64,000 nucleotides of DNA, taken from an uncultured Gammaproteobacteria bacterium. Its GTDB lineage: Bacteria; Patescibacteriota; Microgenomatia; Daviesbacterales; UBA10151. The position numbers and the translations under genes were made by a program. The stretch covers positions 24,205 to 88,204 of the forward strand of contig CAZJNI010000001.1 of the NCBI GenBank assembly GCA_964547465.1. The letters run 5' to 3'. Position 1 is the stretch's first letter. The number at the start of each line of letters is the position of its first letter. Positions 46,411 through 57,468 of the stretch are shown in pieces. The notes beneath the pieces were generated by a model. That model was given only the letters and a program-made list of their open reading frames with translations. It ran no database searches and was not told where the DNA came from.

Positions 46411-46815
46411 TTAAATATTTTTCTCATAAATTATCTTTCCCTCCTCAATCTTGATTAGTTTATTAATAGTCACCTTAATAAGCGAATCTTTTAGAAGATC
46501 CTTGCTAACTAATTTTAATATTTTTTGACAAACCTTGGTAATATTAGTTGGGGTTGTTGAGCCTACAGAGATAATAATTACGCCTGGAAATCCTTTTAAA
46601 GAAGATTGCTCATATTCATTGAAATCTCTGTCTAATGTAATAAGCACCCGACCTAACTTTCTACTTATGAGAAGGTGAAACCTATCACTTTTTTGAATAA
46701 AGTTTTTATCATAAGCATGGATAATAGAAATTCCTTGTGATTTTAAGTAGGTAACTACAGGAACAGGAAAACATTCATCTGCATATAATTGAATGTGTGA
46801 TTTTTTAGAGGGCAT
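46411..46815 (-). CDS. DUF5615-like putative toxin (PIN-like)
   Basis: Paired with the DUF433-like gene; YADECFP N-terminus. Confidence 0.45.
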   Translation of the reverse strand: MPSKKSHIQLYADECFPVPVVTYLKSQGISIIHAYDKNFIQKSDRFHLLISRKLGRVLITLDRDFNEYEQSSLKGFPGVIIISVGSTTPTNITKVCQKILKLVSKDLLKDSLIKVTINKLIKIEEGKIIYEKNI

Positions 46816-46999
46816 AACCAGAGGTAAATTCTCTGTTTTTAATTTCTTCCAGGGCTTTTTCTACATTTTTTCTCTTAACCCAAGGATATGATGCAAGAAA
46901 ATCTGAAATAGTTAATCCTTCTTTAATATAATCTAGCAAGTAGGCAATAGGAATTCTGCTTTTAGGAACAAGATTTTTCTTCGAAGTCTTAGTTGGCAT
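46805..46999 (-). CDS. DUF433-like putative antitoxin
   Basis: SDFLASYPWVKRKNVEKALEE pattern typical of DUF433. Confidence 0.55.
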   Translation of the reverse strand: MPTKTSKKNLVPKSRIPIAYLLDYIKEGLTISDFLASYPWVKRKNVEKALEEIKNREFTSGYAL

Positions 47000-47037
47000 A
47001 TATTAGCATCATACCACAAATGTACTGACAGAGGCTA

Positions 47038-47328
47038 TTGTATTTGTATTTTAATAAAAATTTATGGTACGCTAAAAATATGTCCAAAAAAGCGTTTGTG
47101 GTTATTTTAGTATTAAGTGTGATTGTGACATACGGGGCTACAATTATAGCTGTTTTATGGAGTGGAAGTGTAGTAACTGGAAAATCTGGTTTCCCCTTCA
47201 TATTTAATTACTCTTCATTATTTGGGGGATCCAGTATAAATTACCCCATGTTTTTAGCAGATATAGCCTTCTGGTTTTTTGTCCTTTGGGCGACTTGGAA
47301 AGCACTACAAAAAGTTATTGGTAAATAG
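47038..47328 (+). CDS. Small membrane protein (2-3 transmembrane segments)
   Basis: Hydrophobicity profile only. Confidence 0.3.
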   Translation: MYLYFNKNLWYAKNMSKKAFVVILVLSVIVTYGATIIAVLWSGSVVTGKSGFPFIFNYSSLFGGSSINYPMFLADIAFWFFVLWATWKALQKVIGK

Positions 47329-47330
47329 TA

Positions 47331-50051
47331 TTAACGTAACCCAAAGCTAAATTCTATATTAGTTCCATCATTAAGGCTAATTTTATAAGAATATGTTTCT
47401 CCTGCGGATAAATTTTTAGTACTCATATTAAATATCCACTGCTGGTTAGTTGTATCCCATCTGAAATTTGATTCCGGGGTAGTTGATAAAACTGGTTCAT
47501 TGATAGTACTAACTAAAGTTCCGGAGACAGTTTGTATTAGGGAAAATCCGGTTACTACCCCAGAGTTACTGATTGAGGCTCCATTATTATCACAAACTCT
47601 AAACTTAACAGGAATAGTGCTGCCTTGTTTAAAAACGCTTGTACCATCAGTATTTATGGGTTGTAAAACGCTGTGTCCGTCTTGATTAAGACATAATCCA
47701 CTGCTTAGATATTGGACTTTAAAATTATTTATTAAATCTTTCGAGTTCCCTGCTTTGTCTTCAGTATAAACCCTGAAACTTTTATTCCCAACTGAAGCAG
47801 TATCTAAATTTTCTCCTAAATCAGTAGAACCTATACATTTATCTACTCCGGAGCTTTCATCCAAACACTGGAAATTAGCCGTTGTTTGCTGATTTAATAT
47901 CAAGCTTTGATTATTTGCCGGAGTATTTATATTAATTGCTGGAGGAGTAAGGTCATAATTAGCATCTCCAGCTAGAGTGGCATCAGGAGTAATAGTTTGT
48001 TGATCAATTAAAAGATCCGGAGGTTCTGGAGAGTTAGTATCAAAGACAGTTTGTCCTTCAGACGAAGAGATAATTGGGATATTTTTGTAAAGTATGGTTT
48101 CTGAATTTATATCATTTTCAAATTTCCTGATTTTAAAATCAAAACTGCCGTTATCTGTAGCCTCAAAATTAATATTATAGATTCCATCTTCCGGCAAAAA
48201 GATAAATTTGGCATCATCTAAGCTGTCATATGAACTTCCGGGAATGTTTGCTTCAAACCCTTCAGAGGTTGGGCCGGTATGGTTATGATTTGCATCATAT
48301 ACATGAATATTAACCGGTGAATGAACAGAAAAACTTGTTCCTTTAAAAGAATAAGGCTGGCTGGAAACACCTGTGGGGATAGTAGTATCTTCATTTAAAA
48401 TATTTTTCACCAGATTTAGCGTAGGACCATCGGAAACTAGTTGACCATGTTCTTGGTTAGTATAGTAAACTTTTGCCGAGCCCAGTAACGACCTATTCTT
48501 AGCAGAGTCGTTTAAAGATGCACTAAAAAGAGGAACTGTATTATCTCCATTTATATTTATAATATCTTTGTGAATACCATGTATTCCCAAAAGGCTGGTA
48601 GTTTTTTGCTCAACGATCTGTCCTAAGGTGCTTTTACCAGAGCCAGCTATAACTGTAACATCAACCCCATTCGTGTTGGAGAGAGAATTGTCAATATTAT
48701 GAAAAATTTCGCTTGGGGTGAATAAAGAAGTGTTGTGTGAATTGATAGCTAGGAAATTTTTTATCTGTGAATAATTTAAAGTTCCCGTCTCTGTTTTATA
48801 AGGATATGGATGTTGATTGTCTTCTCCTGTATAGAAATTGAAATAAGACTGACTTGGCGCGAGTTCAAAGCCACTGATCATATTCTGGAATACATCTTTT
48901 ACTTCGGATGGAGATATACCTAAACAGATGAATTGAGCCAGTGAGGTTAAAGTAGTAAGACAGCCACCATGAATGATAGTCTTTAGTGACTCCACAGCGC
49001 CTAAATGTGGTGTCCCTAAAGTAATTAACCTTTTAACATTTTGGGCTCTTTGGGAATCTGAGATATAATTCCTTGCAACTAAGCCTCCCATAGAATGGGC
49101 AACAATATCTACCTTTTGATTAGCTGTTTGTTGGTTTATTGTTTGAATTTTCTGATCAAGTAAAGAAGCTGTGGTCGATATATCTTTTCTCCAGTCATAA
49201 GGAAATACAAAAAGATTCTGATTTAAGATGTAACCATTAGCTGTAAAAAAATTTACAAACTCTTGGTAAGGAGAAATAAAATTATTTGTCAAATTTATGT
49301 TGGCTTCTGAATTTACTCCATCAGTTTGCATCCTTAAAATGTCAAAGTAATCATCTTCTCCAGCTGCTCTAGCCTCTGGTTCATTTAGCCAGATTACTTC
49401 ATCTTGTGTATATGCCCGGCTATATTCTCCCCCATGTCCGTCATCTTTATTCCAGATAGTATTCTCTGCAACCTTTAATTCTGATCCTCCAATTCCCGGG
49501 ATTAAAATTAAAGGAGTTTTAGGCTCCGGAGTTGGTGTAGGAGTAGGGGTTGGATCAGGAGCATTAGTATTAACTAAATAAAGAGATGAGCTACTAATAA
49601 CTGTCCCGCAAATATCATAAAGTCTGACTTGAACTTGATTAATACCTACTTGAAAAAAAGATGTCACATCCCGAGGAGGGAAAGAGGAGATAAAAGTACA
49701 GTTATTATCATATCTGATTGTAGTAGAAGCAGAAGTGCCATCCGGCCGCTCTACTACCCAGATTATCGCTGCATCATCTACACTGGTATTTCCTGTCCCG
49801 TCGGGATTTCCGCTATAAATCATTTGTCCACTTTGGTAGTTAATACTAAAATTAACAGTTAAAAATGTTGCTCCCTTGGTAGTTGATTGTCCGGGAATGC
49901 CGGTGGTAATAGTATAGGGTAGGGTTGCTGCATTGATCGGAGAGGGGAAAAGAAGTGCTACAAAAAGGAAAAAACTTATAAGGATTTTAAGCATACTTTC
50001 ATTATTAGAAAATTTATAGGTATAATGCAACAGTAATGATCCAAGCTGCAA
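47331..50051 (-). CDS. Large secreted alpha/beta-hydrolase (lipase/PGAP1-like) with PT linker and C-terminal beta-rich domains
   Basis: Signal peptide; PDPTPTPTPTPEP linker; nucleophile elbow AHSMGG. Confidence 0.55.
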   Translation of the reverse strand: MQLGSLLLHYTYKFSNNESMLKILISFFLFVALLFPSPINAATLPYTITTGIPGQSTTKGATFLTVNFSINYQSGQMIYSGNPDGTGNTSVDDAAIIWVVERPDGTSASTTIRYDNNCTFISSFPPRDVTSFFQVGINQVQVRLYDICGTVISSSSLYLVNTNAPDPTPTPTPTPEPKTPLILIPGIGGSELKVAENTIWNKDDGHGGEYSRAYTQDEVIWLNEPEARAAGEDDYFDILRMQTDGVNSEANINLTNNFISPYQEFVNFFTANGYILNQNLFVFPYDWRKDISTTASLLDQKIQTINQQTANQKVDIVAHSMGGLVARNYISDSQRAQNVKRLITLGTPHLGAVESLKTIIHGGCLTTLTSLAQFICLGISPSEVKDVFQNMISGFELAPSQSYFNFYTGEDNQHPYPYKTETGTLNYSQIKNFLAINSHNTSLFTPSEIFHNIDNSLSNTNGVDVTVIAGSGKSTLGQIVEQKTTSLLGIHGIHKDIININGDNTVPLFSASLNDSAKNRSLLGSAKVYYTNQEHGQLVSDGPTLNLVKNILNEDTTIPTGVSSQPYSFKGTSFSVHSPVNIHVYDANHNHTGPTSEGFEANIPGSSYDSLDDAKFIFLPEDGIYNINFEATDNGSFDFKIRKFENDINSETILYKNIPIISSSEGQTVFDTNSPEPPDLLIDQQTITPDATLAGDANYDLTPPAININTPANNQSLILNQQTTANFQCLDESSGVDKCIGSTDLGENLDTASVGNKSFRVYTEDKAGNSKDLINNFKVQYLSSGLCLNQDGHSVLQPINTDGTSVFKQGSTIPVKFRVCDNNGASISNSGVVTGFSLIQTVSGTLVSTINEPVLSTTPESNFRWDTTNQQWIFNMSTKNLSAGETYSYKISLNDGTNIEFSFGLR

Positions 50052-50869
50052 CCAAAACTTTTATTAAAAATCCCATTTTTATTTCCTACACTTCTTTAAA
50101 GGATTTTTTAAAATGTCCGCGCAGCTATTATTTAAAAAATATTTACCGTGATCCAAAAACCGGCTTTAGACTGCAGGTGGCCTCACCATATCTATCTTTA
50201 GGTTCAACAGTGCATGATAGCGTTAAGTGGTTTCTGGATTTAGAAGATAAGCCAACCCTAGATGAAACTATAAAAAAATTCCGTAATTTATGGCTAAAGT
50301 TCAGGGGTAAAAAAGGAGGGTTTTCCTCAAGAGAGGAAGAGGGTAATTTTGGCAGCCGAGGCTTAAAAATGCTGGAAAATTTCTACCAAAATTGGCAGGT
50401 TTTAGAAAAAAAAGCTCCGGAGATAACTTTTCCAAAATATAACCTGCTGGATAATATTGTTTTGATCGGAAATTTTGATTATATAGGAGAAAAAGAGGAT
50501 GGCTCGCTTCATGTTGTGGATTTTAAAACCGGGGCAAATGATGAAGATGACCCGACCCAGCTTTATATCTACTCAATTTTGGCTGAGGCAAATTTTGGAA
50601 AATCTGTTTCAGCAGCCGGCTTTTGGTATCTGGATCGGGAAGATACTCCACGCGATATTGTCCTGGATCCGCTGGAGCCTAAGCTGGAGTGGCTAAAAGA
50701 TAAGGCCAAAGAGTTAAAACAGGCAATAGAGTTAGGTGAATGGGTTTGCGTGAAAGGAGATCAGTTTTGCCGGGACTGCAGGGATTACCAGGCCATAATT
50801 GACGGAAAAGGGCAGTTCCAATTTTCAGATTATAGGTATAAAAAGGATGTATATTATTTATCTCATTGA
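50036..50869 (+). CDS. PD-(D/E)XK nuclease, Cas4/RecB-like, with a Cys cluster
   Basis: N-terminal CPRSYY, HVVDFKTG motif III-like, C-terminal C-x-C..CRDCRDY. Confidence 0.55.
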   Translation: MIQAATKTFIKNPIFISYTSLKDFLKCPRSYYLKNIYRDPKTGFRLQVASPYLSLGSTVHDSVKWFLDLEDKPTLDETIKKFRNLWLKFRGKKGGFSSREEEGNFGSRGLKMLENFYQNWQVLEKKAPEITFPKYNLLDNIVLIGNFDYIGEKEDGSLHVVDFKTGANDEDDPTQLYIYSILAEANFGKSVSAAGFWYLDREDTPRDIVLDPLEPKLEWLKDKAKELKQAIELGEWVCVKGDQFCRDCRDYQAIIDGKGQFQFSDYRYKKDVYYLSH

Positions 50870-51183
50870 CATACTATTCATACTATGGTATGATTTATAC
50901 TATTATGGCAAAAAAGATTGTGACTAATTTAAGAATAGATGAAACTGATTGGTTACTTGTTAAATCTATGGCAGGAGAACTTGGCATGAGTGTCAATGAT
51001 TTTTTAAACTTTTTGGCACAAAATGCCATTTCCAAGGCCCGTTTTGGCTACCCCATAAAAATCTCCAGCAGTAAGGGTAAAAGGAAAAGTATTTATGATT
51101 TATTACCCTCTTTGCTTAAGAAAAGAAGCAAAGTAAAGACCTTTGAATTATCAGAGATTGATAAAATTATTTATGGTGTATGA
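50866..51183 (+). CDS. Putative antitoxin partner of the downstream PIN gene
   Basis: Small ORF with a 4-nt overlap onto the PIN gene. Confidence 0.35.
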   Translation: MTYYSYYGMIYTIMAKKIVTNLRIDETDWLLVKSMAGELGMSVNDFLNFLAQNAISKARFGYPIKISSSKGKRKSIYDLLPSLLKKRSKVKTFELSEIDKIIYGV

Positions 51184-51587
51184 AAAATGCCTTTGTTGAT
51201 ACCAGTTTTTTTAAAGCTTATGTGGATATAAAAGATGATTTTCACCCTCAAGCCTTACAAATTTTTCAAAAGTTAAAGATAGAAAAAATGCAACTTATTA
51301 CCTCCAACTATATTTTGGATGAGAGTTTTACTGTGATCAGAAGTAAGTGCGGACTTGATAAAGCTTTGGATTTTAAATCAATTTTGGAACAATTCGAGAC
51401 AGATCTTAAAATCTTAAGAGTTTTGATAATTGATGAGGCAGATGCCTGGGATTACTTTTTAAATGATTGGTCAAATCTGTCATTTACTGATTGTGTCTCA
51501 TTTGCCATGATGAAACGCTTAGAAATAAATCAGGTTGTGGCTTTTGATGAGCATTTTAAAAGAGCAGGGTATAAACTAATTTCTTAA
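51180..51587 (+). CDS. PIN-domain protein (VapC-like)
   Basis: FVDTSFF..., DESF, FTDCVSFA, AFDEHF acidic-residue pattern. Confidence 0.6.
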   Translation: MKNAFVDTSFFKAYVDIKDDFHPQALQIFQKLKIEKMQLITSNYILDESFTVIRSKCGLDKALDFKSILEQFETDLKILRVLIIDEADAWDYFLNDWSNLSFTDCVSFAMMKRLEINQVVAFDEHFKRAGYKLIS

Positions 51588-51695
51588 AAGGTGAATTCCA
51601 ATTTTCAGATTACAGATATAAGCAAAGCTTGCGAGCTAATCGCTCTTAAAAAAGATGTTTATTTTTTGGGTAAATAGAATATACTTTGCTGTATA

Positions 51696-52460
51696 ATGGG
51701 CATAATGAGCTATTCATTTTTATCAACCTTTGGTTTAACAGAAAAAGAAATTGTTTTATATGAGCTGCTTTTAGAAAAGGGTCAAATGCTTGCCGGGGAT
51801 ATTATTAGGGAGTCAAAGTTAAAGCGGGCAACGGTTTATCAATCACTTTATGCGCTAGAGAAAAAAAGTCTAATTTCACAAATAGAAATTGATAAAAAAA
51901 TACACTTTAAACCAGAGCCGCCCACCAATTTATTGCAGCTGGCAAATTCGCAGTTAAAAAATTACGAGGAATCTCATAGACAGCTAACAAGCGTCATCTC
52001 CAGTTTAGATTCAAAATATGTCCTTGCAGTAGAAAAACCGGTTATATCTCTATTTGAGGGAGCTGAAGGACTAAAAGAGATCTATAATGATATGGTTTTA
52101 GTTGGTAAACCTATTTATGCTGCTTTAACAACAGAAGAGATTGACCCCAGTTTTCTTAAGTGGGTAGATAATGTTCATGTAAAACAACGTGCCGTCCGCA
52201 AAATACCTGCCTATGTACTGGTGGCACAGGGAGAACAAACGGAAGAATATATTTCCAAAAATCAGCAGGAATTTAGAATTACCAAATTGGTTGATAAAGA
52301 AAAATATCCATTTAAACATGAAATAGATATTTATGGTGATAAGGTAGCATTTATCAACTCTCGCAAAGATCAACACCTTCTAGGAGTGGTTATACATCAC
52401 CCAATGATAGTTGCTACTATGAAAGCTTTATTTGATCTTGCTTGGGATGGGGTTAAATAA
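51696..52460 (+). CDS. TrmB-family transcriptional regulator
   Basis: N-terminal wHTH (LTEKEIVLYELLLEKGQMLAGDI) plus C-terminal TrmB-like domain. Confidence 0.55.
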   Translation: MGIMSYSFLSTFGLTEKEIVLYELLLEKGQMLAGDIIRESKLKRATVYQSLYALEKKSLISQIEIDKKIHFKPEPPTNLLQLANSQLKNYEESHRQLTSVISSLDSKYVLAVEKPVISLFEGAEGLKEIYNDMVLVGKPIYAALTTEEIDPSFLKWVDNVHVKQRAVRKIPAYVLVAQGEQTEEYISKNQQEFRITKLVDKEKYPFKHEIDIYGDKVAFINSRKDQHLLGVVIHHPMIVATMKALFDLAWDGVK

Positions 52461-54134
52461 TCAATAGTTGTCTATTTCCAATCCTCGGTTACCAGAAGGT
52501 ACGAGGTCTTTTAGAGGTTGTAATTCTTCTACCTCGGATTTTAGCGGTTCTTGAGAACGGATTGCCATCTTCCAATATTCATTTTCAGCTTCTTTACCAC
52601 TTGCTCCGGTATAAGGAATCTTTTTCATTATTCTGGCATCAAAACCAGCCAGAAGAGCAACCTCATAAATATGTGGCCACAAAGATCTATCTGTGTAATA
52701 TTTTCCATCTGGGCTGTCATGAACTGCACCTGATTCTTTGTTCCAGATATGCAATTTATCCCATAAATACCTATGACGCTGCTCCAAATATTCCCTCATC
52801 TCCTGGCTGCCTGAATTAGGTAAATCAAGCAAAACTACACCTCCATCCTTTAATACACGGCGGAATTCTCTAAATATAGCGATTGCTTCATTTATAGATG
52901 TAATATCAGCGATGGTACGCCCTAAAATATAGACTGCATCCACAGAAGCATCTTCGTAGGGCAGATTATTCATTGAGCCTAATTTTAGTTTAGCATCAGG
53001 TATCTCTTTTAGAATTTGTCCAAATGTCGTCTCATCAATTTCTATTCCTTCGACACGGTAACCCTCTTTTAAAAGAGGAATCAAATGACGTCCTCCTCTG
53101 AAACCGACATCAATAATTAACCCGTCTCTTGGTAACTCCGAATGTAGAAAATCTAAATCCCGTTGCTGAAGTTGTAAATTGGGAGAATAATCTCCCCAAG
53201 ATGCTTCTTCCTCGATAGTCTGATAAAATTCCTTCAAATCAAAAAATACCTTTTCACCTGAATCAAGCCCAACCTGTTTTGAGAGTTTTTCTAATTTTTC
53301 TCTTGAGCTAGGATGTGTTCTGACGTATTCGTTTATATAGGCTCTCACTGTTTCAAAGCCTAAAGCATTGCCAAGAACTTGCAAAAACCCCGCAGGTATT
53401 TGAGCCTGTTCTTGTAAAAACTGATACATAATTTCCCGGGTGGCAGCTTTACCACAAGCTAAAGTATAAGCAAGAGTTCTTCTTTCGGTGTTATAGGGGT
53501 AGACTGACCGCCCGTTTATGATTACCGGATAGTCTGGCGGGAGTGATCTTAATTCTGTGAGTATCTCACCTGCCACTTCTTCTTTTATGCCTAAACGTTC
53601 ATTTCCCATGTCACTATTTCTCTCATCTAAAACAATCAATTTTGCCACATTACTTTGTTCAATATATTGCATTTCCCAAGCTCCAATATTTTGTAGCGGA
53701 TTCGCAACATATAAATCTTTTATTTTTCTTATTGCTTGAGAAGGAAAGGGAATAGAGGGATTATGGCGGTAATTCGTGAGAAGATTAGCAATAGCACCTT
53801 GGCTGTGACGTATTCTGTCGAACTCCTCGTTAGATAAATGAGGTTTACTGACCTCTTTTTGTACTTGAGTTGCGATATCATCAACTACCGTGACTAACAC
53901 ATCCGTTGGGATTTGATCTACATTTATTTTCTTCATTACTTCGAGTCTTGTTACAAAATCATCGTAAGGAGCATTCATCAGCAGGTTTGTATCAACATCT
54001 CCATTAGGAGAAATAATGTAGTCGACACGGGCATGTTCAAGGTAATAGTGTCTGGGTGGGTCATGAGGTTTTTCTAAAACTTTTAGTATTCTTTTTTGTG
54101 GTGGACTAACTGGTTCACCTAAATCTTGTGCCAT
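52461..54134 (-). CDS. Two-domain protein with a C-terminal class I SAM-dependent methyltransferase
   Basis: IIDVGFRGGRH (motif I-like) ... GGVVLLD. Confidence 0.5.
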   Translation of the reverse strand: MAQDLGEPVSPPQKRILKVLEKPHDPPRHYYLEHARVDYIISPNGDVDTNLLMNAPYDDFVTRLEVMKKINVDQIPTDVLVTVVDDIATQVQKEVSKPHLSNEEFDRIRHSQGAIANLLTNYRHNPSIPFPSQAIRKIKDLYVANPLQNIGAWEMQYIEQSNVAKLIVLDERNSDMGNERLGIKEEVAGEILTELRSLPPDYPVIINGRSVYPYNTERRTLAYTLACGKAATREIMYQFLQEQAQIPAGFLQVLGNALGFETVRAYINEYVRTHPSSREKLEKLSKQVGLDSGEKVFFDLKEFYQTIEEEASWGDYSPNLQLQQRDLDFLHSELPRDGLIIDVGFRGGRHLIPLLKEGYRVEGIEIDETTFGQILKEIPDAKLKLGSMNNLPYEDASVDAVYILGRTIADITSINEAIAIFREFRRVLKDGGVVLLDLPNSGSQEMREYLEQRHRYLWDKLHIWNKESGAVHDSPDGKYYTDRSLWPHIYEVALLAGFDARIMKKIPYTGASGKEAENEYWKMAIRSQEPLKSEVEELQPLKDLVPSGNRGLEIDNY

Positions 54135-54324
54135 GTATTTATTATATATCCTTTAATCTTTTAGAGATTTTGCCATATATAAATAACATTATTGCATAAT
54201 AATGAATAGAGATGTATCAGAGATTTTAGCTTCAAATAATAAAAAATTATTGGAATAAATAATTTATTGTCGTAGATACTTGACAATTAAATAAACTTAT
54301 AGTAAACTATTCAGTTATAAACTT

Positions 54325-55707
54325 ATGGAAAGATCAATCATAGGGGAAATGGTGGGAGAACCAACGCCGATTACTTTTTATAAATTAGGAGGTACTTGGG
54401 ATATGGTAAATAGGGATGGAAGGCTGGTAGGCTCCGGGAATTTAGATGATGAAAAAATACTGGAACTTGAAAAATCTGTTGGTTTATATGGTACCAAAGT
54501 TACTAACAAGCAGAAATTATCAGCAGCGGAGAAAAAATTATCAAGATTAATTTATGATACCCTTTTGAAAACAAAACCTGAATCGGATTCAGTTCAAGAG
54601 CATATTAAATCCTGGTGTGGGGATTTTGGCAGATATTCAGAAGGCTCCTTCACAGCATTATATAGCGGGGACAGTTCACACCTCCGTGCAGTTTTAGTGG
54701 CTCCGATAGTCTCTGTTTTATTAAGAGATGTTTTGGCAAACCCGGAAAGGGTTGTTGTTTTTGGACAAGGTACTGATACAGCAGATACAGCAATATTACC
54801 GCTTCTTGATGTTTTAATTTATGATACGCAGCTTCCATCATTTTATGGAGTGGGTGCTAATAGGTCTCACCTTGAAGATGGTTCAGATGCACCAAATAAT
54901 TTCACAAATGCAGCCAAGTTAACCAGAATTAATATTGCAAATTTATTTAATCATGGTATAAATTATTCCAGATACAAATCTGTAGCAGCCTGGATATTTG
55001 GTAGACAAATTTATCAAGCTGCGGATGTAGTGAAATTGGATCCTCTGGAGACGAGATTAATTGAAGGGCAGACAACATTTTATTCCCCAAATCAGACAGC
55101 TTTAAGTATAGACAAAATAGTAGCTTACTATAATTCTTCTCATCTAGTTGAATATGGGCATGAAGAGGACGTGATTGCAGGCGATTTAGGAGGTATCTTA
55201 AAGAGCGCGGCAGATCCACCTAGTTATCATGTAGTAAGGGCGATTGCAAAGGACATGGATAAATTATTTGAGGCAATGTCTAGTGTTTACACTGTTGATT
55301 TAGGTAGCCAGAATAGCTTGGAGAATGAAGTGTTAAATATTCTCGATCCCAGGTATAAAGCTATTGTGATTGCAGCACACAGTTTAGGTAATGTAAGCAA
55401 TCCAATTAGGTGGGCTTGTGTGGAAGCAGCAAAGAGCGGGAAACTGGTAGTGGATTCAAGCAGATGCTTGATCGGTATGGTTAATCAAAGATACGCAGGA
55501 TCACTGCTTGATGCAAATATAAATACCGAAGAGCTGGGTGGATCTCAATTTAAAATTCTTTCGGGCCAACAGTTAAATAAAGGATCAGCAAGGGCTGTTT
55601 TGACAAGGGCTTTAGTTGAAGGACGTGATCAAGCATCTACAGAATGGCTTTTAAATGACTATTATCTGACAAGATTTCCAACAGCAAAATCTTTTCTATT
55701 CGCTTAA
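54325..55707 (+). CDS. L-asparaginase-family protein
   Basis: LGGTWDM near the N-terminus and GQGTDTADTA (hGTDT motif). Confidence 0.45.
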   Translation: MERSIIGEMVGEPTPITFYKLGGTWDMVNRDGRLVGSGNLDDEKILELEKSVGLYGTKVTNKQKLSAAEKKLSRLIYDTLLKTKPESDSVQEHIKSWCGDFGRYSEGSFTALYSGDSSHLRAVLVAPIVSVLLRDVLANPERVVVFGQGTDTADTAILPLLDVLIYDTQLPSFYGVGANRSHLEDGSDAPNNFTNAAKLTRINIANLFNHGINYSRYKSVAAWIFGRQIYQAADVVKLDPLETRLIEGQTTFYSPNQTALSIDKIVAYYNSSHLVEYGHEEDVIAGDLGGILKSAADPPSYHVVRAIAKDMDKLFEAMSSVYTVDLGSQNSLENEVLNILDPRYKAIVIAAHSLGNVSNPIRWACVEAAKSGKLVVDSSRCLIGMVNQRYAGSLLDANINTEELGGSQFKILSGQQLNKGSARAVLTRALVEGRDQASTEWLLNDYYLTRFPTAKSFLFA

Positions 55708-55734
55708 AACTATGTTTATAGAGAGGAAAATAAA

Positions 55735-56673
55735 ATGGCAATAACACCAGAAATACCAAAAGGACGCTTTGTAACATTCTATTCCACTGAAGGTGGAGTA
55801 GGTCGTAGTTTAGCTGCTTATAATATGGCTGCTTTACTGGCAGCTTCTGGAGAACGGACACTTTTAATTGATTTGGATTTTGATAAACCAAGGCTCACTC
55901 CTGAACTAGCTCCAAACAGTAAAGGAGGAGTGCTCGATATATTTTATAGTTTAATGGGTGACTCAGATTTGCTTTATGAAGATGGTGCAATTCAAGGTCT
56001 TCTCAAAGGAAAAAGATATCTGAAACACCTTCGATTACCAAGTAGTCTAACTTCTGCAAATTCAGGTAGCCGGCATAGTTTTGATTTCCTCCCTGTCACT
56101 ACTGCTAATTGTGAATCATATCTAGGTCGACTCGATCAGTTTCAGTCTGATATAGATAGCTTTGGGGTTGTCAGCGATGAGCTTGCCATTCGGATGCGGA
56201 GAGATCTAACAGCCTATGATTATATCCTAGTCGATTCCCCTTCAGGATTTTCAAATATAACTTACTTTACTATAAACGAGCTTAGTAATATGGTCGTAGC
56301 TTTTACCAGACCTGGAAAAGGTAACCAGATTGGATTTAAAACATTCCTGGAAAAAATAAGTCTATGCTTGCCTCAGCAAGAACAGCAAGAGAAATCAGCC
56401 ATGCATCTTGTTAGTGTAATTAGTCTTGTCCCTGAAGTAGAAGCACAAGAGTTTAACCAAGTAAGGCAGGGTATGAAAAGACTAATTAATAAGGCTCTAC
56501 CAACAGTGATTGATCAGGAACGCCAACCTTTGGAATTACATTTTGACCCTCACCTTCTATACGGTGACTTCCCAATCGTCAGAGCTGTGTTGCCAGAGAG
56601 CGGCCTTGATCTGGACTACATAAAACTTTGTCAAACAATCAGAAGTAGATTTGATAGTGAAATGACGCACTGA
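55735..56673 (+). CDS. ParA/MinD-like protein with a degenerate deviant Walker A (EGGVGRS instead of KGGVGKT)
   Basis: FYSTEGGVGRSLAAYNMAALLAASGERTLLIDLDFD. Confidence 0.4.
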   Translation: MAITPEIPKGRFVTFYSTEGGVGRSLAAYNMAALLAASGERTLLIDLDFDKPRLTPELAPNSKGGVLDIFYSLMGDSDLLYEDGAIQGLLKGKRYLKHLRLPSSLTSANSGSRHSFDFLPVTTANCESYLGRLDQFQSDIDSFGVVSDELAIRMRRDLTAYDYILVDSPSGFSNITYFTINELSNMVVAFTRPGKGNQIGFKTFLEKISLCLPQQEQQEKSAMHLVSVISLVPEVEAQEFNQVRQGMKRLINKALPTVIDQERQPLELHFDPHLLYGDFPIVRAVLPESGLDLDYIKLCQTIRSRFDSEMTH

Positions 56674-56717
56674 CATTTATAGCAAAAACTTTATGTATTT
56701 TAAGAAAGGAAAATAAA

Positions 56718-57413
56718 ATGAGTGTAATAAGAATAGAAGGAATTCAAGAATTAGCTAGAGCCTTGTTAGTAGTTGGCGGTGTTATAGATCCTAACTCTAC
56801 GCAAGTAATGCCATATACTTCTTTCAATCAACCAATTGGTCGAACAGAGTTTACTGATGGAGCAAAAAGAGATTTACAGAGGAACGGTTTCGAAATTTTT
56901 GATCCATTCGTTGCATCATTAAGTGTTTTAAAGGCAGCTGGTAGACCCTTTTTTGTTATTGATCAGGATGGTGAATTCATGAGATTACTGCCTAGGCCCA
57001 CTCAAGTTGCCATTAATCCAAGAGCACTCACATATCATCCAGATAGATCACCACAGTTGTACATACCAAATAGTGACTCTAAAAATTTTGAACAACAAAA
57101 AGAAATGGTTGAGCAATATGCTCATGAAGATATAAAGGGTCGTATGAAAATAGGTGGTGCAGAGGCGATTATTGGAGATGCTCCAACTCATTGCGGATTG
57201 GTCTTTGCTTATTATGACAGAGGAATTCAATTGCATGGCAGGAATTATGAGTATGCTAAAGTTATAACTGTTACATCAGGTTTGACAGACGCTTATTATG
57301 CTGCTATTGGGTGTTTCCGTGAATTGGATGGTTTAGAAGTTCTTAAAGTTTACCCTCATGTTAGCTATAGCAAAGTTAGAGTTGCTCCATTATTAGTACC
57401 TGCTCGAGAGTAG
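56718..57413 (+). CDS. Hypothetical protein
   Basis: ORF with a strong Shine-Dalgarno context (AAGGAAAATAAAATG). Confidence 0.4.
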   Translation: MSVIRIEGIQELARALLVVGGVIDPNSTQVMPYTSFNQPIGRTEFTDGAKRDLQRNGFEIFDPFVASLSVLKAAGRPFFVIDQDGEFMRLLPRPTQVAINPRALTYHPDRSPQLYIPNSDSKNFEQQKEMVEQYAHEDIKGRMKIGGAEAIIGDAPTHCGLVFAYYDRGIQLHGRNYEYAKVITVTSGLTDAYYAAIGCFRELDGLEVLKVYPHVSYSKVRVAPLLVPARE

Positions 57414-57468
57414 ATTTATCAAATCACATAGCATATGACACAAAGATTAGAGGTGAAAGGAAAATAAA